Part shown: positions 15,127 to 27,411 of the stretch, piece after piece
How the letters are laid out: every line of letters starts with the position of its first letter
How positions within the stretch are numbered: position 1 is the stretch's first letter
The notes under the pieces: generated by a model
Told to the model about the DNA's origin: nothing
Database searches by the model: none
Seen by the model: the letters and a program-made list of their open reading frames with translations, nothing else
NCBI GenBank assembly: GCA_012295275.1
Contig: CM022679.1
Span: 10,850,001 to 10,914,000, forward strand
From: Chrysomallon squamiferum
Taxonomy: Eukaryota > Animalia > Mollusca
Direction: 5' to 3'
DNA length: 64,000 bases
Program-made: the position numbers and the translations under genes

Positions 15127-15821
15127 ATCATTAATAATACCTGAGGTAATCGAAAGTGATTTACTTTCAAAAAAAAAAAAAAAAAAAGATTTCTTTCTTT
15201 CTTTATTTATTTCTTTATATATGTCTACATATCTATCTATTGACTGATCTACTGAATAATCTTTGAATGCAGCAATGATGTATAAATACATTATGAAAGA
15301 GAGAAAACTAATTAATAAAAGAAAGAAAAAGAGAAAACAAAGTCGTAGAGTGGATGAAAAGAAAGAATAGAATAAATAAACAAAGTGAAAAATCAGATAG
15401 ATTTAACTTAGCCATATACGTTACTCTACAAACACAAACCTGTGAAAAAAACGAGGAATGGAGATTTGGTTATGGTCAATCTAAAACAACTTACAATGGA
15501 ATGGTTATAAATCAAATGTGTCAGTAACGTGGCGCGAATTGTAAATCTATGCAGACCATCATACGATGCACCAGTGCATTCTGTGGAAGGGGTCCAAGCA
15601 AACAAGCGATAGAAAAGAAAAGAATATGCAGAACAACTGCTAATGGATTCCATGTGAAAATGAAATGTAAATTCCTGAGACTGAGAATTAACTGCAAGTG
15701 CAAGGAAAAATCAACTGTGTCTGGAGAACAGGAAAACAAAATTCCTATCTCAGTCATTGCACCTGGAATGTGATTTGGTTTACAGAGAGAGAGGATCGAT
15801 ACCAGTTAGTTTATTGGGGTG

Positions 15822-15916
<95 letters not shown>

Positions 15917-16857
15917 CTCTTATCTCTTATCTATTTCTCTATTTGCCTCTTCTCCATTATTCATTCGTTCTCTTTTCATTTTTTTCTTTTCTATGTTTTA
16001 TTTTTTTGTCTTTGTCTTTGCCATCATCTACTTCAGACGAATGACTCTAACTATGCTGTTTGAAAAATAATTACCGACAGAAGCACAATATACAGAGAAT
16101 CGCAGTTTATCTTATTCACACACACGTGAATATTACCTCTACACAATTTCAATAGCACAATTACAAACTTCTTCAGTCTCAATACAAAATTCAGATCATT
16201 CAACTCATCCGACACTTTTCCTGAAAATTCGCCTCCACCGAATCCTAACATGTTCTTATTTTTTATTATCATAATAAAAAAAATAACAACATGCTTTCTA
16301 GCTACAAGCGTCCACACGATGTGAGTTTTAGTCGGCAAACAAGCATTCTCTCGTACTTCATTTGTACAGAGAACTGCATTACCTTTCACTTGTTACCACT
16401 TATCTACTCCGAATAACTGGCCCACACTCCAGAGAATGCGTTTCTGCAGAGCAAAGGTGTTCAAAATGGCACTTCATAAATTTGTGTGATACAGAGAGAA
16501 TTTCACTTTAACTAGACAGGCTTGAGGAGGAGGAGGAGAAGAAGAAAGAGAAAAAAATGATCAGAGTTTGAGAAAGATTTGATCTAGTACAAAAAAACAA
16601 CAACAGAAAAACATCCCATAACAAACCTCATAATAAGATATTTCTTGTTTCAACAAGTTCTTCCTGATTGATCGCTTTTGAACTTGAGTTTGGCATTCTA
16701 ATTATATTTTTCTTTCACATATTATTATATTTTTTATTATTATAATATTATTTTTATTATTATTATTATTATTATTATTTATACATAATATCTTAATTTA
16801 ATTTTTTTTTTTTTTTTTTTTTTTTTTACTGTAGGCAAACATTATCTGCATACATTA

Positions 16858-16961
16858 GTGGAACAACAGCTGGATTGGTAAACAAGGCAATGCGCCCACT
16901 CAGAATTATCGATCCTGCAATCTTGTGCGCCTTATTCTGCAGCGAGCCCAGATCTCCGCTT
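16858..16961 (-). mobile_element. Degenerate SINE 5' fragment
   Basis: Reverse complement carries a B-box-like GGATCGATAA with a layout similar to the 12277 copy. Confidence 0.45.
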
Positions 16962-17080
16962 ATGTTTCTTGACGCTCACGAAAGCCTAATTCATGGCTCA
17001 TAAACTTCTGACTTAACAACCACTACTATTAATAAATTCTGTATTCATTTCATGTAATAATTATTTTGTTATATTTGCCT

Positions 17081-17147
17081 TTGTTTGAGAGCCAGCAGCC
17101 GATATGTTTTTCGTGCTGGGGTGTCGTTGAACATTAATTCATTCATT
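17081..17147 (+). mobile_element. SINE 3' end with (TTCA)n tail
   Basis: GTGCTGGGGTGTCGTTGAACATTAATTCATTCATT; a similar terminus (TGTCGTTAAATAAACATTCATTCATTCATT) recurs at about 52640-52673. Confidence 0.5.
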
Positions 17148-17926
17148 GTTTTCTTATCAACTGTGATTCTAAATGACATCATAATTAAATATCGAATTAT
17201 TTGTACATATTTTTGTTTGTTTGTTGTTTTCCTAATAACATGTAGAAATGAGAATGATGGTTTCATAAAAATCATATTTGAAATCTTCATATGCAATCTG
17301 TCAAACAAACATACTCTTGTCCTTCTTGATTTCTAAATATATATTATATTCTCCTTGAGAGCCTTTTTTGTTGAGCATTTATTTATTTATTTATTATGAT
17401 TATTAAGTTTATCATCATCTCATCATCATCATTATTATTATCATTATTATTATAAACAACCACACACCTTTTTATGGTGATAGTAAATTTTATTTATTTA
17501 TTTATGTATTATGTGTTGCTGTTTGTTTGTATAAGATATTCCTAATGGAAATCAACCCTTTTAAGAAAGATTGCATTCAACAAAGATCTTGTGTAAATAA
17601 ACTATAAATCTTCTCGGGTAAAAAACATAATATTACTTTAAATGTTAACAAAGACATAGGATAGGTTTTTTTTTTTTTCTTTGACTAGAAAAAACTAATT
17701 TGATATAACCTCACGATTGTTGGTGTTAGTTGAGAAATACGGCTCCATTACTGATAAATAACGGAGAATGAATTCAACGGAATCAAGTTACGAATCCATT
17801 TTATCTTTTTAACAACACATATTCGTTTTCTCTTATGTACTTAATTTTCAGTATTTTTTTTTTTTATATATAGTAACTGGTGTGCTGATAGTTCTTTATT
17901 ATTTATTTCTCTACTATTTATTTATT

Positions 17927-17980
<54 letters not shown>

Positions 17981-18015
17981 TATTTCTTCAACTTCTTCTT
18001 CTTCCTTTTCCTCTT

Positions 18016-18086
<71 letters not shown>

Positions 18087-19242
18087 CATTATTATTAAAT
18101 TTGCCTCGAGGCCTTCACATGGCTATAAACATCTTTAGAGTCTGCCAAATCTCAAGAGGTCTGATAAACGTTTACTGAACGTAAAGTAAGGTTACGTCTG
18201 AGTTCGATTGCCCCATCCTTTTACGAAACATTAAATATTTAGCAGGTCTTTAAGGACAAGTCTTTTACGTTTCGAATTAACGTTGTTTGTAAACTCTCTG
18301 ATTCGATTCCTTGAAACGAATGCGTGTTATGACTGCAGCAACTGAATGATATGTTTTCAGCGAGAATGAAGAATTAAGTCTGACGTCCAGTAATTAGAAT
18401 GTTTGATAGTTTGGTCTACAACAGAGGTCGGCTACCTCATCTGTCTTTTTTCTTCTTTTTTTTTCTTTTTTCAAATGAGTTTTCGGAAAAAGGGCAGTGA
18501 ACGTAAAAACACGTCACAACTGTAAATTGTCTATATACATATATTGTGTATGTATATCCATGTGTGTGTATGTATGTATGTTAGTATGTATGTTTGTATG
18601 TATGTATGTATGTATGTATGTATGAATGAATTCATGTATATATATATATATATGCATGTATGTACATGAATTTTTATTCATGTATGTATATATGTGTACG
18701 TACACATACATACAAACAAAAGTTTTGCTTGATTACAACAAAGCTATTAAAATTTAAGTATCTCATGCATATAGATGAATAAGCCCAGAGAGTAAATAAA
18801 CAAATTTCACCAAGTTTCTTACTTTCCTCTGTAAGTCTCATAATCTCTGTTTCCAATATCAGTTTCAAATTTGAAAAGTCATTGACAGCTTTCAAGCTAT
18901 TTTCAATTTGTTCTGATACCAACAAAGTTAGTGGACCCAAGAGATTAGACTGAGAGTGGAGCTAGGTTCGCGTTCGTTAAACACTTGATAAAAGCCTAGG
19001 CCTGTATTCTTAAATTTAAATGGACTGATAGACTTGCTGGACATAGACAAATTTGTATGGATGGATAAAAATCTTGAAATGAAACATAAATTGGTATAAG
19101 GATTAATGAATGGGTTATGCATATATATTGAAAAAAATTTAAATTGGACATACAAACAAACAGATAAATACATACTTATATAGATAGAACAAAATATTTA
19201 AAATGCAGTCACGCAAAGAGACACAATAGATAGAACTGGAAC

Positions 19243-19341
<99 letters not shown>

Positions 19342-20149
19342 AGAGAGAGAAACTATCATAACAGCACGTAAACACGTTTTCTGCTTTCTTATCCATAATT
19401 TCTGAAACAGTGTTCCAATAATTTTGCTAAGTGTTTTATCTATTTGTAATTGGTTTCGTGTGTACCTTGATTTCTTCTAAGATATTTTCTTACGAAAGTA
19501 ATAGTCATTTATTCATTTATTATTACTATAATTGAAGTTACCACAACAGTTTACTCAAGGACATACTGATAGTTATTTTTATAGTAATAATAACAAAAAT
19601 AATGACGATGTTGACGATTGTGGTGTTGGTAATCGTCGTGGTTGTGGTGGTGATGAAGTGGGATACATTATTTGTGGTTTGTTTTAGTTGTAGCCTCGAT
19701 ATTAAGAGAGATTTTATTCATTAATTTCAAGTGTAAAGAATAATCAATTTCTTCATATTATTATTAAAAACTCAGTTACAAATGTATATTGAATTATTCC
19801 TTTCAGTTACTTAATAGCGACATGTAACCATTTGACTCTGGTAACAAAATATTCGTTCAAAGGTTAAAATTTAAATATCCTCACAGGCAGTCATGATGTT
19901 ACATCCTGTTCCAACACAAACTTGTTCATTTTATTTTTAAAAGAGTATCACATGTGGTATACTTTCAAGTTATTTGTAAAAGATTTCTTGGAATGAGTAA
20001 CCTAACTAGCAGCTCTGCGGTTGCTTTTATTTTCGGTCTAGACCACGCAATTGCCAAAATGTTAACGATCTAAACTAAATAAACAAGCCAAGATGTCGTA
20101 AAACCAACATTATTAACCAACAGCTTATATCTCTAATAACTTGGGTGTG

Positions 20150-20620
20150 GTCCATTTTACTTGCATCACACTGAGCTCGCGCAATCAAGCGCACGTCACA
20201 GCTTATTACAGAAAACATGGCGTTCGCGCCGCAAGACCCCGATCCCTTCTGCTTTCTCGTCTGCTGGGACTAATCTACTTGGATTGGTATACGACTCTCC
20301 CCGCTAAGACGTATCAACAACAACACAGACACGCGAGTCCCATCTTGTAGAGGCGGCAGGCGTTGATGGATGCAGTAAGAGATAGCCTGGGTGAAATCAA
20401 CGGCTCTCCGCTAATTCATCTTATCTGGTTTCCAATACAATTCGGTTAAGAGCTTACATTAGATATTAATGTAGTGGTTCGTCCAAAACGCGTGGATTTC
20501 TTTCCTTTTTCTTCAACAACGTTCTCTGCTGAAAGTCAAGACGTGTTTTGGAACATGTGGAAACTGCAGAGGTATTGTGGGATATATATAAAATTAATGG
20601 GAAAGAAATGACGTGATAAC
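20150..20620. promoter_or_regulatory. CpG/GC-enriched island, candidate promoter or enhancer
   Basis: Sharp local rise in GC and CpG content; YY1-type AAACATGGCG (20213-20222) and CRE-like GCACGTCA (20191-20198). Confidence 0.4.
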
Positions 20621-20879
20621 AATGAGAAGTTAATGTAGTGCAAAGTTACATCTTCTTTTTACGCATGGCAACAGGATATGTGTTTGAATGTATAGAAATA
20701 ATGGTAAAAAAAAAAAAAAAACAACCCCACAGGAATGTTTGAGAATGATGATAAAAAAAAAAAAAAAAAGAAGCAATGTTTCTTTCTTTGTATTACTTAT
20801 GTAATCATACTTTGAAAAGCGATGTCATTGATCATTGGTCAAAGATACAGTTATTTTAAGAAAAGAACAGTTATATTTA

Positions 20880-20911
<32 letters not shown>

Positions 20912-21577
20912 TAATAATAAAATTAGTAATGTTAATGTTGAAAGAACAACAGTAACAATATATAAAACTACTACAACAACAATAATAACAACAGCAACGA
21001 CAACAACGACAGCAAAAACAACAGCAACGACAACAACAACATCATTAACGATAAAAAGAAGTAGACAAATAACGAGAAGAAGAGCAATTTCACTAATATT
21101 TGTGACTGAGATCGACTAGGACTGGCAAAATACAAACATCAGTTCTGTATAGAACGTCTTTCGTGCTTGGTTGGTGCTATTTTCTTTGTGTAGAAAACGA
21201 TAAACGAGCAACTTCTTGCTTCTAAAGTTTCTAAAGTTTCGTCTTTTATTTCAGCAGTACATACAAAAACTGTCAGTGTTAAACCGTGTTGGGAATTCAT
21301 TAAACAATAATTCAGTCATTCTGAAGAAGAGAAAAGAAAAAAATAATTTAAAAGAATTTTATCTTGACTGTTTGCAGTGCTATGAAATCTATGCTTTATT
21401 TATTTATTTTATTTATTATTGTTTTTTTATATATGTATATATAAAATTTTAGATATTTTAAATCACAAAATAATATCAGTTTCTACAGGTAAATGGTTGC
21501 CAGTCAGAAGAATTTCTATTATTCCTACATACAAATATCTCAAATATGTGTAATAAAATTTAAAGACCAGTTAGTAT

Positions 21578-21770
21578 GATGTCATTTATTTGTATATAAA
21601 AAGCACTAAACATCCGTCATTATGTAATACGATGTTTATTTCTCTATAAAAACCTTTTAATATCCATCATTAAATGATGCATGTTTATTTCTGTATAAAC
21701 AGTTTTTGATATCTGACTTTAATAGATGTGATGTTTACCTCTGCTTAAAAAGTATTTAAAATTCATTTTA
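21578..21770. repeat. Degenerate tandem repeat, about 50 bp x 4
   Basis: Units start with GATGTTTATTTCT-like sequence at 21578, 21631, 21680 and 21730. Confidence 0.75.
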
Positions 21771-21979
21771 ACACATATACACACCAACACACACAAACAT
21801 GATGTAAATATGTATAAATAAATACATAAAATATCTTTCAGTATTTGCCAGAATATAAATATGACACTTATTTTCATATAAAATTTATATAACAGTGAGA
21901 AACATGAGATTCAGTTCTATATAAATATACCTAATAAATCTTGAGGTATGTGTCATGAAAGATATATCTATTATTGTAT

Positions 21980-22965
21980 TTCTGAAGAAACCATGACACT
22001 ATATTGTTTAACCTATCTTATGCAGAATTACAGTTTACAAAATATATGACACGAAGAAACAGTCTTACAATAGTGCTGTCATGCAGTGGTATTCGTAACA
22101 AGGAATTTGTTTTATTTGGCAAAGATATGCACACATTATCTAAAGCAAGTTATGGTCTCTCGTCAAAAAACCATGTCTCTCTGTTTGTTAGCTTGGCATA
22201 TGCCACAACACTGTCATATAACAGAATTCGTTTTATTCAGCACTGTGATGTAAACGGAGATTTTTTTTTTCTGTTGGAAATGTTGCTTTTTGACGAAATA
22301 ATGATTCTGTATTTCATATACATCTAACGAACCATGTCTGTATTACTTCCAGTACTCAGGAACAGTTTCGCTGCTTTGTTGTATAATAGAATATATTATA
22401 TTTCTCATAATTCATTTTATTTGGCAATTTCATGCACATATTCTTTTGTATCTTTAAGAAATCATGGCTGCATGATTTTCTCTCTGACCTCTGCCACAGT
22501 TTCGTCTGTTTTACTTCCAGTACTCAGAATTACTGCTTTGTGTCATATAATGCAGTGTAGAACATGGAATTCGTTTTATTTGGCAGTTTAATGCACATAT
22601 TCTTTTCTGTCAGTAATGTTTTTCCCTGAAGAAATCTGCCACAATTTAGTCTGTTTTACTTCCAGTAAACAAAAACAGTCTTAATGCTTTGTCGTATAAT
22701 GCAATATAGAACAGGGAATGAATTTGTTTCATTTGGTAACCTGATACATACGTTCGCTTCTGTCAGAAATGTTTTGTTCTTGAGAGTGTTTCTTTCTATC
22801 TTTTTTTTTTCCTCCGGGTGGGCTGGGGTTTTGAAGAAATCATGGCTCTTAGTTTCTCACTTTGACATCCACCGAAATGTGGACTGTACATAGTGCTTAT
22901 AAATAGTATTACTGCTTCGTCATGTAACGAAATATAGAACATGGAATTCGTTTTGCTTGGCAGTG
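21980..22965. repeat. Degenerate tandem repeat, about 145-170 bp x 5-6
   Basis: GTCTGT(A/T)TTACTTCCAGTA at 22336, 22504 and 22649; TTTTATTTGGCA-like at about 22110, 22415, 22574, 22726 and 22951. Confidence 0.8.
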
Positions 22966-23261
22966 TCAGTGATGTCGTTAGGTGAATCGAATGGATAATA
23001 TATAATGACTAGAAGAACGTATATACAATTTGATATTAAACACTGCAGTCTGTGTGATATGGCAACGTTTTAAAAGATTCTTGCCAATATATATTTTCTC
23101 TGTTCCTCAAATAGAGTATATATATATATATATCAGAAACCACATGGCGCTACGTTATCCTGTCATAGACTAAAAGGTAGAATTAACTGTAATAAGTGAA
23201 ATGAATATTTCTTTCAGAATAACGTTGTTTTTAATGGGTTTATTATATTTTTGTTTATTAC

Positions 23262-23306
<45 letters not shown>

Positions 23307-24689
23307 TTATCATAAAGTCAAACTTGATTAAAAACTGCTTTTATATATAGATATTTTCACATGGAGTACGTTAACACAAGTTTTAAAAATGGCTATGTTT
23401 TCCCTAATGCTGTCAAAATGTAATTATTCAAAACATATATTTGACATTTATTGCAATCATTTTTTTTTTTTTATTGACTGTCAAGAAAAAACGTTTGTTG
23501 ATATAGAATGTTATCTTTTAATATCAGGAGATCTCTACACATTAAATACGAGATAGATATTCATTGATACTTCTTTCTTTTTTTCTCTCTCTCTTTTTAA
23601 AGAAACAGCGGTAGGTTCAAAAGGTTAGTATCGACAAAACGAAAGCCTTATTTCTGAAGCCTAAGTTTTTGTTCATAGATTTAGAGTCGTATTTCGATCC
23701 TTCTCATAAAATTATGACCTTTTAACAATTTGTTTTGCGTTGTTTGATCTATGATTAAAAAAAGATGTCTTAAGAATAAATGTACACCATTAAAATGTTT
23801 CTAAAATCGACGGCAAACTTGAAAGAGTAATTTGAAGAAAAAAGCGAAAAAATAAAACAACAACAGAAGATTGAAATTACTTTGTAAAGTGATTCATTAA
23901 AATATAATGCTTTTCTTTTGGAGAAAACAAAAATTGGACGTCAGAAGGTAAAAAAAAAGATGGTATAATTACAGTAACGGCAATGATTTAGTAAATTATA
24001 AAAGCCTGTGGAATCATGAACTGTTCAGGTTTCTTTTTAGTTTTTATTCTCTTCTTGTTACCTTTTGATGTTTTACAATAGAATATAACAAAGAAAAATA
24101 GTGAAAAAAATTAGCAATAATAATAATAATAATAATAATAATAATCATAGTAAATAACCACAATGCAGCTAACCCGTCTACTAAACAGTTAGTAGATGTG
24201 TTAAAATGGATACATGCACTGAATGAATTAATACTTCATTAATATCACCTGAAGAAAATAAGAAAAAAAAATATGAATCGTTACTAGGTTCCAAAAAGGT
24301 TATTTTTTTTTTTTTCATAAAGCTGGTATCGAAGATGACATTCTATATCTCTATTTCATGACCTACTAACAATAAGAAATTATTATATTCACCTTCCCAT
24401 AAACATTTACATTTGATTGATCGGTGATGATGCATTGTTTGGAAAGAAGAAATAGCTGAGTAGGTGTGGTTAATGTTTTTCCAAATTACAGAAATGTTGG
24501 TTATTTCGCTGTATTTTTCACCATGAGAATAGAAACTAACTAGGTAAGTAATACGCAGAAACGCATGGTGTTAATTATTCACATACAGTATTGGGAATTC
24601 GTAGGAGAGAGAATGGGGAGGTATATGTGTTTCAGTGAGTTGTATTTTATAAGAAAGTCATAATATTATCAAGTCATTTTAGACTTGGT

Positions 24690-24690
24690 T

Positions 24691-24749
<59 letters not shown>

Positions 24750-24759
24750 TATTATTATT

Positions 24760-24804
<45 letters not shown>

Positions 24805-25010
24805 ATAAACCGTGACGATAAAAATAAAAATGAATGAATTATTATAGAATCACGTCGTTACATATATTTTGGTTATTGTTATTATTATTATTATTATTAT
24901 TACTGTTATTGTTAGTAGTGGTAGTAGTAGTAGTAGTAGTAGTAGCAGTAGTAATATTAGTAGTAACAGTAATAGTCGTAGCAGTAGTAACAGAAGTAGA
25001 ACTGGTGGTA
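24690..25010. repeat. Compound (ATC)n/(ATT)n/(GTT)n/(AGT)n tract
   Basis: Seen directly. Confidence 0.9.
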
Positions 25011-25173
25011 GTTGTATAGACAGAAGGTATGAGGTGCTCTTGAGATTACGTAAGAATTAACGAAACAACAAACGAACGAACATCTAGACAAGAAAGGGAA
25101 AAACCTAATTATCATAAGGACAAAACCAACCACACAGACTATTACTCAGTCACCCAGTCGATGCGTTACTCAC

Positions 25174-25379
25174 CGTTAAATGTAATTTTGCCGTCCTTGT
25201 TTTTATCGGCGTCGTCAAGCACTTCCTGTATGTCGTCGTCGGTGAGTCCCACTTCCGATTTGACAGCCAATAGGATTGACTGAAAGTCCTCACACGGAAT
25301 ATATCCGGTAATTTTCCTGTCCAAAATTCGAAATATCTCCTTATAGGTTCTTTCCTCTTCTCGGTCAATCATTCCTGTC

Positions 25380-25384
<5 letters not shown>
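25174..25384 (-). CDS. Small EF-hand calcium-binding protein (calmodulin/troponin C C-lobe-like), first coding exon
   Basis: MATGMIDREEERTYKEIFRILDRKITGYIPCEDFQSILLAVKSEVGLTDDDIQEVLDDADKNKDGKITFN: a helix-loop-helix pair with a near-canonical second loop DKNKDGKITFN(E); ends at a strong phase-1 donor AACG|gtgagt. Confidence 0.85.
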
Positions 25385-25435
<51 letters not shown>

Positions 25436-26168
25436 ATAACCGGACAACCCAAATAAGGCCTCCGCTGTGGTAGTTTAAAAAGTCAGTATTGAATAATAAT
25501 TATATATATAAAAAAAAAAAAAAAAAAATTAGAGCGAAGATCCGAAAAGTGTTATGGAACTGGGCGAAAAGGGCTACAGATGTACTCTGTTCTCCGGACT
25601 GCTGGTGAAGTGATTCCTGAAACAGTACAGAAAAGGCAGGTATCAAATGTGAGTGCCTTGTGACGTATTCAGGTTGGATTTATGTTACAAATGAATTCCT
25701 CTGCTCGCATACTAACGAACTTTTTATATATGTATGTATATATATACATACAGAAATAACATAGGTGGTGTATGCGCGTGTCTATCGCGTATGCGCGTAG
25801 TTTATATGTCTTGCGCAAGAGAGCATGAAAGTTACGTGGTGCTGTGTAGCTTTACTGTCACACTGATAATGAAGCTAGGTTTTTTATAGTCAAGAAGTAA
25901 ATAAATAAATAAATAAGTCAATGGATGAACGAATGAATAAAACAAGACTAAGTAAAAAATAAATAAATAAATAAATATCGGCTTGGAACAAAAGTTCAAA
26001 GTGTTATTAAGTGAAAGCCAAAGACAATATTCATATATTTGTACATTGATTTATTCAACCACATAATATGCCATCTTGTTCACTTCTCGTTTATTTCAGT
26101 CACGTGTTAAACCACGTGCTCTAATGTCACTTGTTGAAAAAAAAAAAAGCTACACATTTTTATTAAAA

Positions 26169-26199
<31 letters not shown>

Positions 26200-26493
26200 A
26201 TTGAACCCGAGTATAAACAGAATCTGCATTAGATAAATTACATATCCAATTAATTTAAATTCAGAAATATAAAATTTACTTTACATTTGTGCATACCTAT
26301 TACTTTTTAATAAATATTTATTATTTAATATAATACTCCCAATTATTTTATTTAGTTCAATTCATCTTTAAAACATATTGCAGAAAATAACAGTAATGCA
26401 ACAAATTCTAGTATGATAATAAATAATCTCTTCATAAAACTGATGAAAATTTAAAACATGATGTCATTGACAAAATGAATATTATAAGAATAT

Positions 26494-26577
<84 letters not shown>

Positions 26578-27352
26578 ATGTTGAAAGAATATGAATTATT
26601 TATTAGTTTTATCTAAGATAAAATATTCCTTCAATATCCATAACGATCATTAAAAATACATTCTCTTACAATAATTCAATAATATCACAAACAGCCTGCA
26701 GAATATCTGTAAAAGTGAATGGCACGCGTTAGAGTGTTCAGTATTGTTTTAAAGTCAAATCACTTATTACGCACGTACCTGTATAAAGAAATCTATTTTC
26801 TTTACCCAGTTCCTGTGCTGTGAAGACAACACGTGCTACAGTTTTTATCCAATATTGTATCTCGCTAATGGAACTTGTGCTGTAGATTCCTCCACACAAC
26901 TGATCATTAAGTTTGGTGGGAAAAAACAAACAGAAGAAAGCACTGCAGGGATTGGACTTACATATTTAGCATACGTCACTTCCTGTTTCTGCTATTTTTT
27001 TTTTTTTTTTTTTTTTTTTTTTCTCTTCGTTTATCAAGGCAGATATATTTACTCTTCATTTTTTCGAGAATGTTTTTAATTTGGTTTTTTTTTTCCCCCA
27101 CACAGATTAACTGGCAGCTGGGTGAGGTTTTTTTTTGTTTTGTTTAGTTTGTTTTTTTTTTCTTTTTTTCTTGAGTAATTTCGTCACGTGATTTGGCAAT
27201 CTCTAGGACGAAGGAGTTCATTCAGCGCTTCTTTTTCAATCAATGAACGCGTTCGAGTGAGTGCTTCTTGGTAGTTTTTTTTTGCTTTTGATCATATCTT
27301 TCCTTATCTCACACGATGAAACTCTTAAAGGGTCGATGTAGCAAGATTACAC

Positions 27353-27411
<59 letters not shown>

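Noticed and set aside
25385-25447. N-terminal MSGYQ plus poly-Lys extension of the EF-hand ORF in the track
   Set aside because: It uses a non-ATG start and is the poly(A) tract read in frame; the ATG at 25384 has good context. The terminal GE* is read-through into the intron.
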